DNA of 62,849 nucleotides, filler included, from Choristocarpus tenellus KU-1152 (taxonomy: Eukaryota; Protista; Phaeophyceae): the NCBI GenBank assembly GCA_964200185.2. It is 8 parts of 8 records of this genome, joined end to end, with 100 filler letters (N's around TTAATTAATTAA, not from the genome) between each part and the next. Parts side by side here need not be neighbours in the genome. Positions count along the whole stretch, not along the records: positions 39,727 to 53,602 come from CAXNAD020001335.1; 7 more parts are not named here. One strand, given 5' to 3'. A program made the position numbers and the translations under genes. Positions within the stretch are counted from its first letter, which is position 1; each line of letters opens with the position of its first letter. Below the pieces are notes generated by a model. It saw nothing but the letters and a program-made list of their open reading frames with translations. It searched no databases and had not been told where the DNA came from. This document shows positions 39,627-52,949 of this stretch, in pieces.

Positions 39627-41282
39627 NNNNNNNNNNNNNNNNNNNNNNNNNNNNNNNNNNNNNNNNNNNNTTAATTAATTAANNNNNNNNNNNNNNNNNN
39701 NNNNNNNNNNNNNNNNNNNNNNNNNNGGATCGGGAGGGGTCATGGGGAATATTTGTAGACTCATCTGGATTACCACTCAATTTCTCAATCGCCGTTGAGG
39801 ATCATTAGTTTTGATGTGTTTCGAGTGATATCTCTATCTTGTTGAAATATGGATGAGTGTATTCAGATATACTTGGAGACCACCAGTAAGCTGAGGCTGT
39901 GCCTTCTGATTTCATTATATATATTTATGTAGTATGGTTAATATATTATGCCCACCAACATTTTACAGATAGGTGTTGCCATGTGGTAGGAGAAAAGAAA
40001 TATAAAGGGAAATAACATTGTAGTAGAACAGAGTCTGAAAAAAAAAAAACATCTCGTTCCCAAAATAAAAACAGTAGCAAAGGATAATGTAGCAACAAGA
40101 GAAGATGCAAGTTAGTCTAAGTTAACACAAGAAAACAAGGAAGCCTTCTATTAAAAGGAGACTGCAATAACAACAGGTGAAAGTGCTCACCGACTGACAC
40201 TATGAAGGCGATTGAGAAGAAAATAACCTTAAAAAAATCGGTCCGTGATTACCGACCTGTTTTCTCCAGTTTGAAACGCATGACACATAGTACCAAATCT
40301 GAACGCTAACACACTTCTTGAATAGCCTTTGCATGCATTCGACCCTCCCTTCTTCACCCCTCTTACAGGTTTTTGTCCCAAAATAGTGTCGAGACAAATC
40401 GGGGTGTCCTCCTTTCCTGTTTATTGGGTTTCCATCCATGTTCCATACTTACATTCTTCACCCTTCCTACATAATCTTTGTATTTATTTTTAACGTGACT
40501 TCACAATGAAAATTGATGTTCGACTACAACCACCAAGGTCAACTAAAATGTTCAACTCCATCACCCATCCACTATATTACATACACATACATGTAGTGAA
40601 CGAACACACACACACACATCATCAGGATTTTCCCACGGACCTGACCTTTTATTTGACAAGAAGACGTGGAACAAATGACAATTGACCTCCAATGTACGAA
40701 AATGTAGTTGTTTTGACCATAGGGACCTCAAATAAAACCTTGACCTCAACCACCAACAAGTACCAATTAACCACAATAACAACATCATCGTGCCAAAGAA
40801 GCGTCGCACCCACCACATACACCCCTTTATGATATTGTCTATATAACTTGATAGAGTCAAAGGTACGTATTGGGTTCCTAGAACCAGTTGCTGTGGATGG
40901 TCAACAGAAAAGTGTAGTAGGAGGTCTAATTGTTATGTTACATACTATTTATTAGTAGAATTGTAGAGGTCTACATCTCCAAAACATGTGACAAGAACCA
41001 GAACCACAAAATAGTTACGAAAGAAACGACCATACTTGTAACAATGAAGGAGATTATGCGGGGCAAAAAATATGGAAGGTATATCCTAGAATTGTATCTT
41101 ACTACGTCAGCACCAGGATAAACTTCCCCGAGTTCGAGATTGGGAAGTGGGAGGTGGGCAATTCATCGATTTTTCTCCCCGCACTCTCACCTATCCCGCC
41201 AAACCAAGGAAACTTGAGTAAGTTGTACTACAACATAACTCTCCAAGTGGTACATTAAATAATTGTAACAAAGCAACAACAG

Positions 41283-42322
41283 GAAGAAAATGGTGACCTC
41301 GAGGTACATGGACGGAGGGTTGGCGAATGAAACGGTGGAGGAATTGCTGGAAAGTCGAGCACCTATAGGTGAATAATGCGTTGGTGGCCAACTCCGTGTC
41401 TCTCAGAATCTTCTATCTCAAGTCTAATTCTCATGTAGCCCCGAATTGCATTTGTTGTTAGTGAGCTTGTTTTGTTGGATGGATTTTCAAGCCTTTCCCC
41501 TTAAATACCAATGTTCTCTGAAGTGATATTTCTTCCTCGACCTTTCCCCAATGCAAGTAGACGGCACGGATCTGTTGTCAACTGGTCTTGAGTTCGTCTT
41601 ACCCGAAGGTATAGCTGAAGATCGTCGGCGAAACTCGAGGCAAATGAGCGATGCTCAGTTCTACCCACCCGGTTACGTTCAGCACTCGCTGGACCTGGCC
41701 AGTTACCAAGCTGTGCGTCTAAAGTCAATCCCGGGAGTAAAGGGATTGTGGTGCACGCCAGAGTTATCCCCCACCGTACCCACTACAGAGATTGATTGTG
41801 AATTGAGGAAGGGTGAGGTAAGAGAAGTCACGTTCTCCCTACCGCAAGTGTCTAGTCGTCTTTTTTGCGCCCCCTTAACCCTTCAAATATCAAGGGGTAT
41901 TTCTGAGGTTGGTACTGTGGTTGAGCAACACTGTATTACGACCCTCTTTCCTTCTGTTTCGGTCGCTATGTGCTGATTGCTCAAACTCGGATTAGCTTGT
42001 TGTACAGCGGTCAATTTTTCCTTCTTCATAATGTAACAACGAAGTTGAATTGTACAGAATTAGTCAAATCGATATAGGTAGGGTTACCGCACAATCTGAT
42101 TTGTGCCATCTTTCCCCCTTTGTCCTAAATGATCAGAGCCTCCACGTGGATCTGTGCACTAGACCACGCCTTGACAACGACGCGGCCATGTACCCGTCCC
42201 CAATCCAACATTGGGCTGAATATATGATGGCTTGGTCAGAAAGCACCGAAAAGGGAGTAGGTATGGAATGGATGCCACCATCCCCTTCTACTTCTGCCGC
42301 CTCAGAGGATTCTGAGGACTGA
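41283..42322 (+). CDS. Hypothetical protein, last three exons (may be a pseudogene or TE gene)
   Basis: Exons 41283-41368, 41558-41817 and 42137-42322 join in frame (MVTSRYMDGG...RAPI|VDGTDLL...LRKGE|SLHVDLC...SEDSED*). No family recognised. Confidence 0.55.
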
Positions 42323-45300
42323 TTCAGGTTTGGATACAGTCCGACTTCAGAGGCTCTTCGAGGCCACTTTTTTTTACCATGAAGAGGTAGTTTTTCATAT
42401 GGAGTATGCAAAGCGACGTGTGACCATCAGAATGTGTTCCGCCAAGGCGAACTTACACTGACAACCTCACTAAGGGTTGTTAACTCTCTTGGTGGTGGAA
42501 GGTGGCAGGCATGACTGTATTTGAATGTTGTAGGGAGATTGGAAGTCAAGTGTTGACAATAGGTGCTAGACTTCTTCTGAGGCCAATGCTACTGAAAGAG
42601 GCTGGCCGCTGTCTTCAACTACTTTTGTATCTTACCTGCGCATTCTCTAGGCCCCTTATCTTCTGGACTTGCCCTTTGTTAACGGCAAAGCTGTGGAAAA
42701 GACTCAACTGAGTCTCAACATGTATTGATGGGATATGCTGGAAGAAACCCTTCCTATAAGATGTACCGATTTTTGTTGCTATTCATACGAGGGGCCACCA
42801 GGAGAGGGAAAAAAACCTGTCGCCTTGAGCGGCATTCTGAGGGGCACAAAATCACATACATATAATACACATATATATGGTCTTCTTGACTGCTTGAAAA
42901 TTGTATGTGGGAGAAGTTGAGAGGGGGTGGGGTAGGGTGGGTGGGGAACATGAGTATATATATATATATATGAGTTTTATATAGGGGGGATCAAGGCGAC
43001 TAGGGATTGGTAAATTATGTATCCCTGAAGTGAGACTTGTCTGAAACATTGCATCATGTCCAGAGGATATGCGATTCGTGGTGACATAGGGTGGATGTCG
43101 GGATTTTTGTTTGTACTGGAAGGTTTTGTGTTCCTAGGCTATACTTGCCCACTTGATCATGAAAGTGATCGATGTGGTTCATGTAACTACAGTGCACCTT
43201 GCTCCAGTCACCAATGCAACGGGTGATTTGAAGGTGTTTGGGCATTAGGCAATATGTTCGGATATTTTTGTTTTCTTTTGGGTGAGGTCACATATCATAA
43301 TGTGTGAGTGAGCGTTATCACAACGCGCCCCCCTTAAGAAAAAGTTTTAAATCCATCTTTTATTTTCTTTACAAGAACTTTATTGCAAGACATATTTTTG
43401 ATGCAGGCCTGCCTCCCATTCCAGTATTATACCAGTCATTTGCATACAAGCAAGGTATGGAAGAGTTTCTAAAACGTAACAAACGTTTTGTCCCTACCCA
43501 GGTTTTCCACCTCATTTTTGCATTTTGTTTGTGATGGAATTCTGTTGAAATAAACAGAAGGCTTATTGTGCTCTTGGCAGTTTGATGTCCAAGCTAGTGC
43601 TTGTGTAGGTACTGTTCCACTTCCGTGCCATTGCACCACCTTCTGACCCTTGAATCATGAGGGTTGGTAATCTGGTGTAAGGAGGTAGATGGAACAGCGT
43701 TGTGCCGAAGTTACGCCTGGTTTCTGTCTCAAGTTATGTTCCTGTGTTGTTTGTTTTGTTGTCTCCTCGGATTTTTTCCTGGTTGAGCTCAGTTCTGGCT
43801 AACGTAGGAATGAACTATGTTCTGAATGAAAAGGTTGACCAATGATCTGATGTGAGGCAGGCTGTTTGTCAAGAGACATTTGACTTTCTTCGATACAGTA
43901 CATAATGATACACACCTCTGCATCTCCAGAGAAAAAATACCTGTCTTGATACATTACGCTGTTGCCATGAAAGAGATTTACTTGTGTCAGAGTAACCAGT
44001 GGATTTGAGGTCGTGCTAACATTGATCCTCTAAGAACTAGCCACAGGCTCATGGGACCATTTTGAACAAGCTTGATCTCGGTCACCTGCGCTGGCTATTG
44101 GATAAAATATTTTGTATTTTGATAAGGTTCAACTTTTTTTTTGTCTCGACATATGTTATATTTTGGCATTAAGGGTTGTTTCCTTCTTACTTTTCTTCTT
44201 TCACTGCTTTTCTTTTATATAGTAGTTGTGTCATCTTGGTGTGTATTGCCTTCTTTGGACCACCGTTTGAACTGTGGGTCTGGGCCCCCTCAAAACAAAT
44301 GTGGATAATAAGATAAGAAAAAGATCAGAGATAGTGAGGTGTATGTTTTGATATTTCATTTGCAGATTTGAGGGAGGGCACGCCTCTATTTTGGAGCAAC
44401 TGGTATGGACCATCTTGCTAAGTTACTTTTTTTGAGCTGTGTACAAGCTTTGATTTAATTTGATGAGAAATAGGAACATGAAGTGCTATAAAAGACGAAA
44501 TTGTGTAGGAGTTACAGTGAAACCATACCTGAGCATAATCCGTGGACTGAAGGTAGTCTGTGGGAAGAGCTGGCCATGTAACCTTTTGAAACCGTATTTC
44601 CTCTGAAAACAATTTTACCTGCAAGAGCCCCACATCCATCTATTACAAAAAACTAGAGTTCTCGAAAACAGAGAATGAGCAGTAGAGTCTTGATGTCACG
44701 TGTTTCATTTCAAGTTGCTCAGAGCCATGTAGTATGATAATATAGGATAAGAGGGTATGCACATTGGAACTTTTGTATTATGCAATGGAACCTATGATGG
44801 CAATTGACTCTCATGCAGCTGCCATCAAATCTTTCTACCTCTCACACTAAGGCTACACCATTTGCACCACACACAATACTTGAAGCAAAGCCTATTCGTG
44901 GATGGATGAATTAATTGTGGCTGAGAGCAACAGTAGTTGAGAGGTAGGTAGCATTTACTGTTTTGAACTTCAAGCAAGAAAATTTCTTACCCTGTCCAAT
45001 TCACACTCTTTGATTTATGTATACAGTCTGTAAGAATTGTTCCTCTTTCCTCACAAAAAATGACAACACAATTCAGGAACGGTCCTTTCCACAATTGTAC
45101 AAGAAGGCTGGTCTTGAGCATTTGTTGGGATCCATAGAATGCAACCTTGCCTACCTCTCAATTTCCTTAGCTTTGAGCGGGACTTTAAGAAGCTATGTTT
45201 CACTCGATAGGCTCAACAAAGGGTACAAAACGTGGAAAAGAATTGCAAAAAGGAAAGTTATGGATACTTGAAAAATAAAATTATGATGAAAATATGTAAT

Positions 45301-46499
45301 GTATTTAGGGGTATACACAGGTACTTTGCATTGATTTGTCTTCCTTAGGCAGTAACTCCTAATTGCCATCCCTAGCAGCCTGCTATCCACATACTCTCAG
45401 CCAGGTATTGCAAAAGGAGGCAAGGAGCTGAACAATATCAGGGTTCAGCTTGCTTCATTTCGTACTGTCACGTACTTCCGTGGGTGTTGAGAACATTCGT
45501 GCTGAGTCTGCATGTCCTTATGCCAGGAAAAGTCGAAATTTAATGACAATCAAATCTGCCCAAAGTGTGGGAAATTGAAGCTCTTTCCCCCACAACTTGA
45601 TTGAGCGAGTCACTGCAACCTCACCTTCTCGTCAGGTCATTGTAACCCCTGCCACCCTCCAAAACGGCTCAACCTCATACGCTAGCAGTAGTACCTTCAG
45701 CTGTTTTCAGTTTTCATCCCCTCCACCCTTATTTTTTTTCCCATCTGTCTCCTCATCATGTGGGAAGGCATGCACACCTTACAAATTACCAGGCGTCATA
45801 ATGATCATGATGTAGATGTCTCCCTATTTCCTCCTCAACAGGAGTATCTAGGTATGCTCATGGTTGTGTTGTGTGGGTATAAGGGGCCCAGTGCATACAG
45901 CTCCCCTTTCCCCCTCCTTCAAGCTGTCCATGGAAATATATAAAAAATTCTACTTGAACACTAATGATACGTATGTATTGTTTGCTGTGGTTGTTCACTG
46001 TCATCTGTGGTACTTACGGAACCCATTTCTTTGCAACAATGAAAATGTTGTATAATTGCGTACATTATTACACAGTATTATTATGTAAAAGTTTCTTGCT
46101 TTCTTATTGCAACTACCAGTATTGGGGACACGACTTGATTACTTGTACCTGCCTTGGGTGCCACGGTCTTCTAGTCCATTGTAGGATGTTAGGACACAAC
46201 TTGTGAGGTCAAAACAATTGATAGGTTCCAGATTTCCAGTCCTTGGAACCCTCCTTGGTGATACAATATTACATTTTACTGGCAGATTGATTTGTGCACA
46301 TTAATTCGATGCAATTATGTGATGATACTCAAACACATCGTGGAGATGATATCATCATTGAAAAGGAAGCAAGAATCACAACACTTGTACCAGATGTCAA
46401 ATACAACATAATGTAAGAGCAGAAAATATACACCTGGTAAAATAGAAGAGTTTTGGTAATCAATGTGATAACTACAATTGGCCACAGCCAATTAATCGC

Positions 46500-48300
46500 G
46501 AAGAACTGATGACCAAATGATCGCCAGCAGCCATGATGGAACAGAAAGATTGGGTATCCAAGATGGAATTGACGTATTATGGGGCACATCGTTGAGTGGT
46601 AGGTAGGGTGCTACTTTGTGAAAGTCGTAGGTGGGACCTACCGTGATCATAGGGTTGGTAAATGGGGATGGATACTCTTGTTTGTAATCATGTCAGTGCT
46701 TGATCATAGATGATGCATCCCTTGTCACAATAGTTGCTAATAATATCCATATTTGAGAGAACGCTGTCCTACTTAGGTGGTCATTACAAGAATTTTTCGC
46801 ACTGTAATATATAATGGCACGATGATATGAAATTCGGAAGCGCTTCCAGGATAAATCACGGATCACTTCTCCGCGTTGCCATTGTGAAGGAGAGTGCATA
46901 TATGCCATATGTCATGGTCTTGGTGTCCAAACTAACCTGTTAGAGTTAGATGTAATGAAAAAAATTGAATTACATGTGAACCGAAAGCAATACCTGGATA
47001 GAGGATCCATGAAAACCTGATACATTTTGGTGATAACAGAGTAGTTGCGATTGTACTACTGTGTAAATTAGGCCATGGTCAAAGTATCTGGGGGGGGGGG
47101 GGGTGTCGGCGTCCATTTTTCGCCCTTTTTTCACTTTTAACCTTTTTGGTGTTATGGTTCGGAAAAGCACTCGTCTTGACTCCAGTCACCNNNNNNNNNN
47201 TGTGATTTTGTTTCGTTTTAAAGTAGGGCTTGGTTGATGTTCTGTGGGGGGGGGGGGTGTCGGCGTCCATTTTTCGCCCTTTTTTCGATTTTAACTTTTT
47301 TGGTGTGATTTGGTCACACATGTCGGATTTGAATTTTAGCAAAAAAAAGACCTGTTTGACCGAAACGGACGCCCCCTCACAAACCACCCCCCCAGATACT
47401 TTGACCTGCCACAGATATGTCAAGCATAGATCTGTGTCTAAGCAGATCCCAGTTAGAGGAATGCACAAAAAACACTTCCAGCTCAACTCATGACGAGTTG
47501 CTGTCACAGAAGTTTAACTATTGCTATTGAACTAAGATTATGATGAATGAGAGAGTACATGTATCCATATGTCGCACTCTATCTAATGGAATTCATCAGG
47601 ACAAGATGCTTAACAACAGGACAGTACGTGGTAGTGTACTGAATTGACACATAAAACTTAAGAAAGTACTGGTGGTGTACATGATGCATGAACACTTGAA
47701 GTGCTGGTGATAATTTGGTGTATTGTAGTGGGAATGTGTTGACTGGGCCACATGCATACAGATGGATTCATCCAGGATTTAGTTACCAAAACAAAGTGTA
47801 GAAATAGAGAGGGCATGTAACCAAGAAATAATGGAGAAAATGCGCAGAAATGCACAGAAAAAACGAAAAATAAAACCAGAGGAAAAACAAACTCCAATGC
47901 AGCTAATTGATAGTAATGAAATTAACACCCCTTTTACGCCAGACGTGTCTACCTTTACTCGTTATTTGAACTGGCGAGTGAATGCAACCATTAACTGGTC
48001 CCAAGACTCAAAGTGTGTCAAAAGCAAAAAAATCCCGGCGTGGCATTGGGATACAGAATTATCTGAGGGATGCATGTGAACAAAATTCTGAAGGCACAAG
48101 CCATCCAAGATTTGCTCATACGCCTCTTGCTCGTTTGTCGGTACCAATTCCTTCTTTACCATGATTAATAAACAAATTCTGGACTGGTATAGTGATAACA
48201 CCGAGATGAGGTCTGGTACAGCAACACATTGCCTACCAACCTTGTTAGATTCAAAGAATTCAATCGCAGTCAGACCCTTAGCTGAGATGATGTTGAGGAT
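46500..48300 (-). mobile_element. Decayed KDZ/Zisupton (HMGXB3-like) transposase, tentative
   Basis: Motif remnants in the expected order across frameshifts: YEQILDG..QNF; LFLHFVLVT; C-x-x-CG; YGIYALSFTM/QRGE..RD; AIIY; HP..TYDFH. Confidence 0.42.
47076..47407 (+). mobile_element. MITE family C
   Basis: GGTCAAAGTATCTGGGG...CCCCAGATACTTTGACC, flanked by GCCA on both sides; internal N gap and duplicated left portion. Confidence 0.85.
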
Positions 48301-49844
48301 GTAGGGTGGTTTACTATACGAGCATTGATCGAACTTATTTGTTCACCCACCACTTGGACTCTGGTTCGAGGACGCCTGAAGTGCTGAGATCACTAGCGCA
48401 TGGTCGTGGAGTCTGCTGGAGGTGAAGTCCATGAGAGTTTTCTCCAGTGCATCCTTCCTGAGGGACTTGCTTGGTGTTGGTTCTTCAGACTTGCAGCTCT
48501 CCTCCAAGAACGCGAACTGGTTGCTAGATGGGGGTATTGTACTGCGGGGGAACCTGTCCCTGGGTTGAACCCACTGTCCCATCTTGCTTAAGTGAGCCTA
48601 CTAGGACCCCATCAACCAAGCTAGTTGACAGAATATCGGTGTTTCCCCCTCATGTCGCTTGGATCAGTGTCTTCCCTTTACCTTCTATTTCTTGTCTAAC
48701 TTTTTCTTGTCTTTGGTTACTTCTTTTACTGGTACATCCATGGAACCACAAGTCCTCAAAACTTCCAAACCTTGGATATGATGGGTGACGTCACATCCCT
48801 GTGACCCTCAACGGGAAGTGGTCGAGGACTTCTCAGGACTTCTTTGTGTTTGATGTTGATGTGAACATCACCGTTCACAAACAAATACGCATGCAATACT
48901 GTGATGTATGCGCAAGGAAATGGATTAAAATGAGATCAGGTCCTAATGGGACCTGTTCATGACCCATACATTGATTCATAATATTATTTTTAATTATTTT
49001 CTTCTCGTTTTCTTTTCCTTCATTTTCTTCTTTTTTCTGATCTTTTTTTCTTACGTCATTATCTTTTCTTTTATGATCGCTGTTGCCTTTTCCCAACCAA
49101 TGTAACGCACATTACCTTCTTACACTAATAATGTGGTAATCTAGTAATATGAAACACCTCACAACAACCCTAAAACTTCTATTGTCACCACTTCCACACA
49201 TATATACATACATACCTATGTACATTTAAGTCAGTAAAACGATCATTTCTGGACACTTTTACTGACAAACTTCATGTGTATGTAATGAAACATCTCACTC
49301 AATCAAAAAATCAAACTTCAACTTCAATCTTCTTCACCCCTCAACCATAATTCGATCTTTGGTATGATGAAGAGCCTAATTCTGTATATGGTGGGTGAAC
49401 CAGTTGTAGGTTTTTATTTTTCATTTTATAGAGGAACAACAAGAGAAAGTCTGCCAATTGGTTGTGGTATTCATCACACCCGGAACACAAAATTCCAAAT
49501 CCCTTCCCTCCACCATTTTTTCAAAAAAAGAAAGGTCAGACACCATCACCATAGAAGGGAAAAAGGAGAAAAGAAATAGAGCAAGTAATATACATCAGTT
49601 CACATAATAATCACAATCATATCACTATACTCTTGTGAATCCTCCAGATTGAGCCGATCTCTACGATTAAGTAACAATCCAGATTATGTGAAAACAGCTT
49701 TGAGGGTCGCCTTGTGATTTTCGATCTGTTCATTTTCACGCGGATCCATGGTATGCGAAATGGTCATGAATGTTGATAACTTACGTTTTATGTGCGTTTT
49801 TGACTTACAAAAATGGAGTACATACATATTTCTTATTATTATAC

Positions 49845-50745
49845 CCTCTGGCATTTTGAGGATGTGTGAGGGGAAAAACGAATAAAAAAACATTAAAATG
49901 TCAAAACACCCCGTCAAAAAGTAACAATTGTCGTAAATGCGAAAGACGTTCTTCTATTTTCTTCCTATTTCACTGCCAGCTATACTACACCACTGCCCTC
50001 CTGTGCCTCCAACCTAGCTACTCCTGCACCCCAGGGTGAGGAGCTAGGGAAGCATCCCAAGCATCTAACAAGCCCCTCCTTGACCATCTCCCTGGTGTCC
50101 CCAGCTTGCAACATATAGCACGCCTTGATAGAGCTACTTGCGTTGTGAGAGACACTATCTTTCGTAGACGGGATTTGACCGCCCCTTTCCTGCGGTAACC
50201 CCCTGCTCCCCCTCCCATACTGCATGCGTAGCCAACTCATCCAGAAAACTTTTCCCTTGCATATCAATGCGCCTTTGTCTTGGTAGGGACCTGATCCGGC
50301 GTCCGTAAGTGCCCCAGCATGGAAGACCACATCCATGTGGAAATTTCGGCCCACTGTGAATGGGCTACCGTCTTCCATAGTGCAAGGGACCCCCATTCCT
50401 TGCAGAGTTGACCTAGACGCTTCACCATTGGTGTGTGTTAGCGTACCTGTCCCCTGCCCTAGGGTAGGTATGTGTCTGTCTAATGTCCAAAATTTGCCTC
50501 CTGTACCCAGCCACTGAGTCACCTGTTTGATAGGGTCTCCTCCCTTCCCAGGGATCTGCTGGCACTGAGTCTAAACTCTATGGGAGGGATCTGGCATGCT
50601 GGTTCCAGGGGTTGTGTGGAGGCCCATGCATTCGCCCCTTGTCCACACTGTCTCTGGTGGCGGGCCAGGGCTAGCGAGGAAGTTTCCTTCCCTTCTTCCA
50701 TTTCGTCATGTAAGGCGACCAATTGTGTCCAGAAAACATACATAT
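49845..50745 (-). mobile_element. CRE-like non-LTR retrotransposon 3' fragment (restriction-like endonuclease region and 3' end)
   Basis: LARHQRQCGQGANAW...PIEFRLSASRSLG; EDGSPF...MDVVF; RKGAVKSRLRKIVSLTTQVALSRR. The same 3' end recurs nearby. Confidence 0.65.
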
Positions 50746-51037
50746 CTAAAGTTTTGGAGAAGATTCAATCGTAGAAAAAAATAACAAAACTACGATATTT
50801 TACTACTATACCTACTACAAAATATTATATTGATAGTACTAGTCCTACTAGTCCTACTATAGTAGACAAACATCCAATTTGTTCTAACAACGAAATCTGA
50901 TTACTAAACTATATCGTATTTGTGTATCAATATCAATACTTCATCGTCTTCCTCCCAACCAATCGGAGGATCTAAGTTGGAAATTTGTAAGATGCCCTTC
51001 TTTGGTGGAAGGAGGCATATTCTCAACCGACAATACC

Positions 51038-51260
51038 TGATGCTTTCCCTAGCTCCTCACCCTGGGGTGCAGGACTATGCTAGGTTGGAGGCACAGGAGG
51101 GCAGTGGTGTAGCATAGCTGGTAGTAAAATAGTGAGTAGATGATAGAAAAATATCTTTCACATTTACGACAACTGTTACTATTTCAGAAGTTGTTCTGGC
51201 ATTTGATTGGTTTTGATTGGTTTTTTCCCTCACACCTCTGCAAAATGTCAGAGGGTGGTA
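51038..51260 (+). mobile_element. Short inverted copy of the same CRE-like 3' end
   Basis: Reverse-complement match to 49845-50060 and 51785-51990. Confidence 0.75.
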
Positions 51261-51394
51261 GCTGAGTGTGTTTCCTGAAAATGTCCAACATGAGAGAGGC
51301 AGCGGCAAACAAAGATACAGGCGACGTACCTGCCAACATGTCAAGATGGCAGGTTCATTCGCATCCCATTTGCTCGAACCTATGTATTGCCACC

Positions 51395-51651
51395 GAGTCA
51401 AAGTAAGCGAGAGGTACCCAGGGTTGCATTTTTAGGATGCTCACATATATATTCAAATTTCGGCATTTTGAACAATGCACATGGGGAATTTTCTGTATCC
51501 TGTCGAGAATTTTCAAACAATTGAAAAATCAGCGCTCTCAAATCAATCTTTATACTTCATCCATAGAAATATGGGTGAATCACAGAAGATTAAAAAGGTG
51601 ACCTAAAATGCTAAACGCCAAAACCTGGGTACCTCTCGTTTACTTTGGGTC
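51395..51651 (+). mobile_element. MITE family D, complete copy
   Basis: 28-bp TIR GAGTCAAAGTAAGCGAGAGGTACCCAGG / CCTGGGTACCTCTCGTTTACTTTGGGTC. Confidence 0.9.
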
Positions 51652-51784
51652 ACAAGGAAGGTCAACCGGTATAGCGGTGCATGGCATACGTCAATAACGG
51701 TATGATATCAGACAACCCTGCTTTCCACATTGTAGTACTTATCTCTCGAACAGGTTTCAAATATAATATTATATTCTATTATTA

Positions 51785-52200
51785 TGTCCTCTGACATTTT
51801 GCAGATGTGTCAGGGAAAAAGCCAATTCAATATCATCAGAACCCCTGCAAAAGCATCAGTTGTCGTAAATATGAAAGATATCTCTACAAAATCTATCTAC
51901 TATTTGACTACCAGCTATACTGCACCACTACCCTCCTACACCTCCAACCTAGCTTAGCCCTACAGCACAGGGTGAGAAGCTAGGGAAGCATCCCAACAAG
52001 CTGATAGGCCCCTCTTTGCCCATCTCCCTGCTACCTCCAACTTACAACGCATGACACGTCTAGATAGAGCCACTTGTGTTGTGAAAGGCACCATCTGTCG
52101 TAAACGGGATTTGGCAGCTCCTTTCCTACTGTAACCTCCCGCCCCTCTCCCCCCTACCGCGTGTGTAGCCAACTAATTCAGAAAACTTTCTGCTTGCTTA
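51785..52200 (-). mobile_element. CRE-like 3' end, third copy
   Basis: LATHAVGGRGAGGYSRKGAAKSRLRQMVPFTTQVALSRRVMRCKL; DNA match to 49845-50250. Confidence 0.75.
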
Positions 52201-52343
52201 CTGAGGCATCCAAAACTTTCCACTGCGAAGGTGTTGAGGTTGTAACGATATAATATTACATGTATTATTACGCCCTTGGACATTTTCCACATGTGTCGTT
52301 GATAAAGTAAAACCAATATCACAAGGACATTTGTAAAAGTAAC

Positions 52344-52559
52344 GAGTCAAAGCATTTAAGAGGGTAGTGCCGCATCCGTTTGGAGTTCAAATTCAATGCT
52401 GAAATTCTGATGTAATGTTGACTATTGTGTTTGTTAGCAAGTGTTAACATCCTTGCTCCAGACACACCTTTCACAGTCGTATACACTTTACCTACTCCAG
52501 AATGCTTCGAAAGCCGAAAAGAGCATGAAAAACTCCTACCCTCTTAAATGCTTTGGGTC
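52344..52559 (+). mobile_element. MITE family A, diverged copy
   Basis: GAGTCAAAGCATTTAAGAGGGTAG / CTACCCTCTTAAATGCTTTGGGTC. Confidence 0.85.
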
Positions 52560-52564
52560 TATCA

Positions 52565-52875
52565 CTTGTCGTAAATGTGAAAGATATATCTCTAAAATCA
52601 ATTTACTATATGAATACCAGGTATACCACAACACTCCCTTAAAGTTGGCAAATATATTGTTTTGTATACACTGTTGCTATGCTTCCAACCTCACTTAGCC
52701 CTACACAAGTTGGCGAGGAACAAGGTAAACACCCCAAAAATATGAGAGGCCCCTCCTTGCCATGTGCCTGGTGTCTCCAGGTTGAAACGCATGACACGTC
52801 TTGAGAGAACCACTTGTGTAGTGGCAGACACTCTCTGTCGTAAACAAGATTTGACAGCCCCTTTCCTGCTACAAC
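52565..52875 (-). mobile_element. CRE-like 3' end, fourth (most diverged) copy
   Basis: DNA similarity to 51860-52135. Confidence 0.7.
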
Positions 52876-52949
52876 CTCAATATTATTATTGTACTGTAGT
52901 TTTGGTCTCTGTTTTTCATCCCCCTCGTGTCATGAAACTGAAATAATCT

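Noticed and set aside
45540-45600. CPKCG as a Fanzor/TnpB zinc finger
   Set aside because: No RuvC motifs (e.g. DRD.NAA) recognisable nearby, and surrounding coding remnants appear to be on the other strand.
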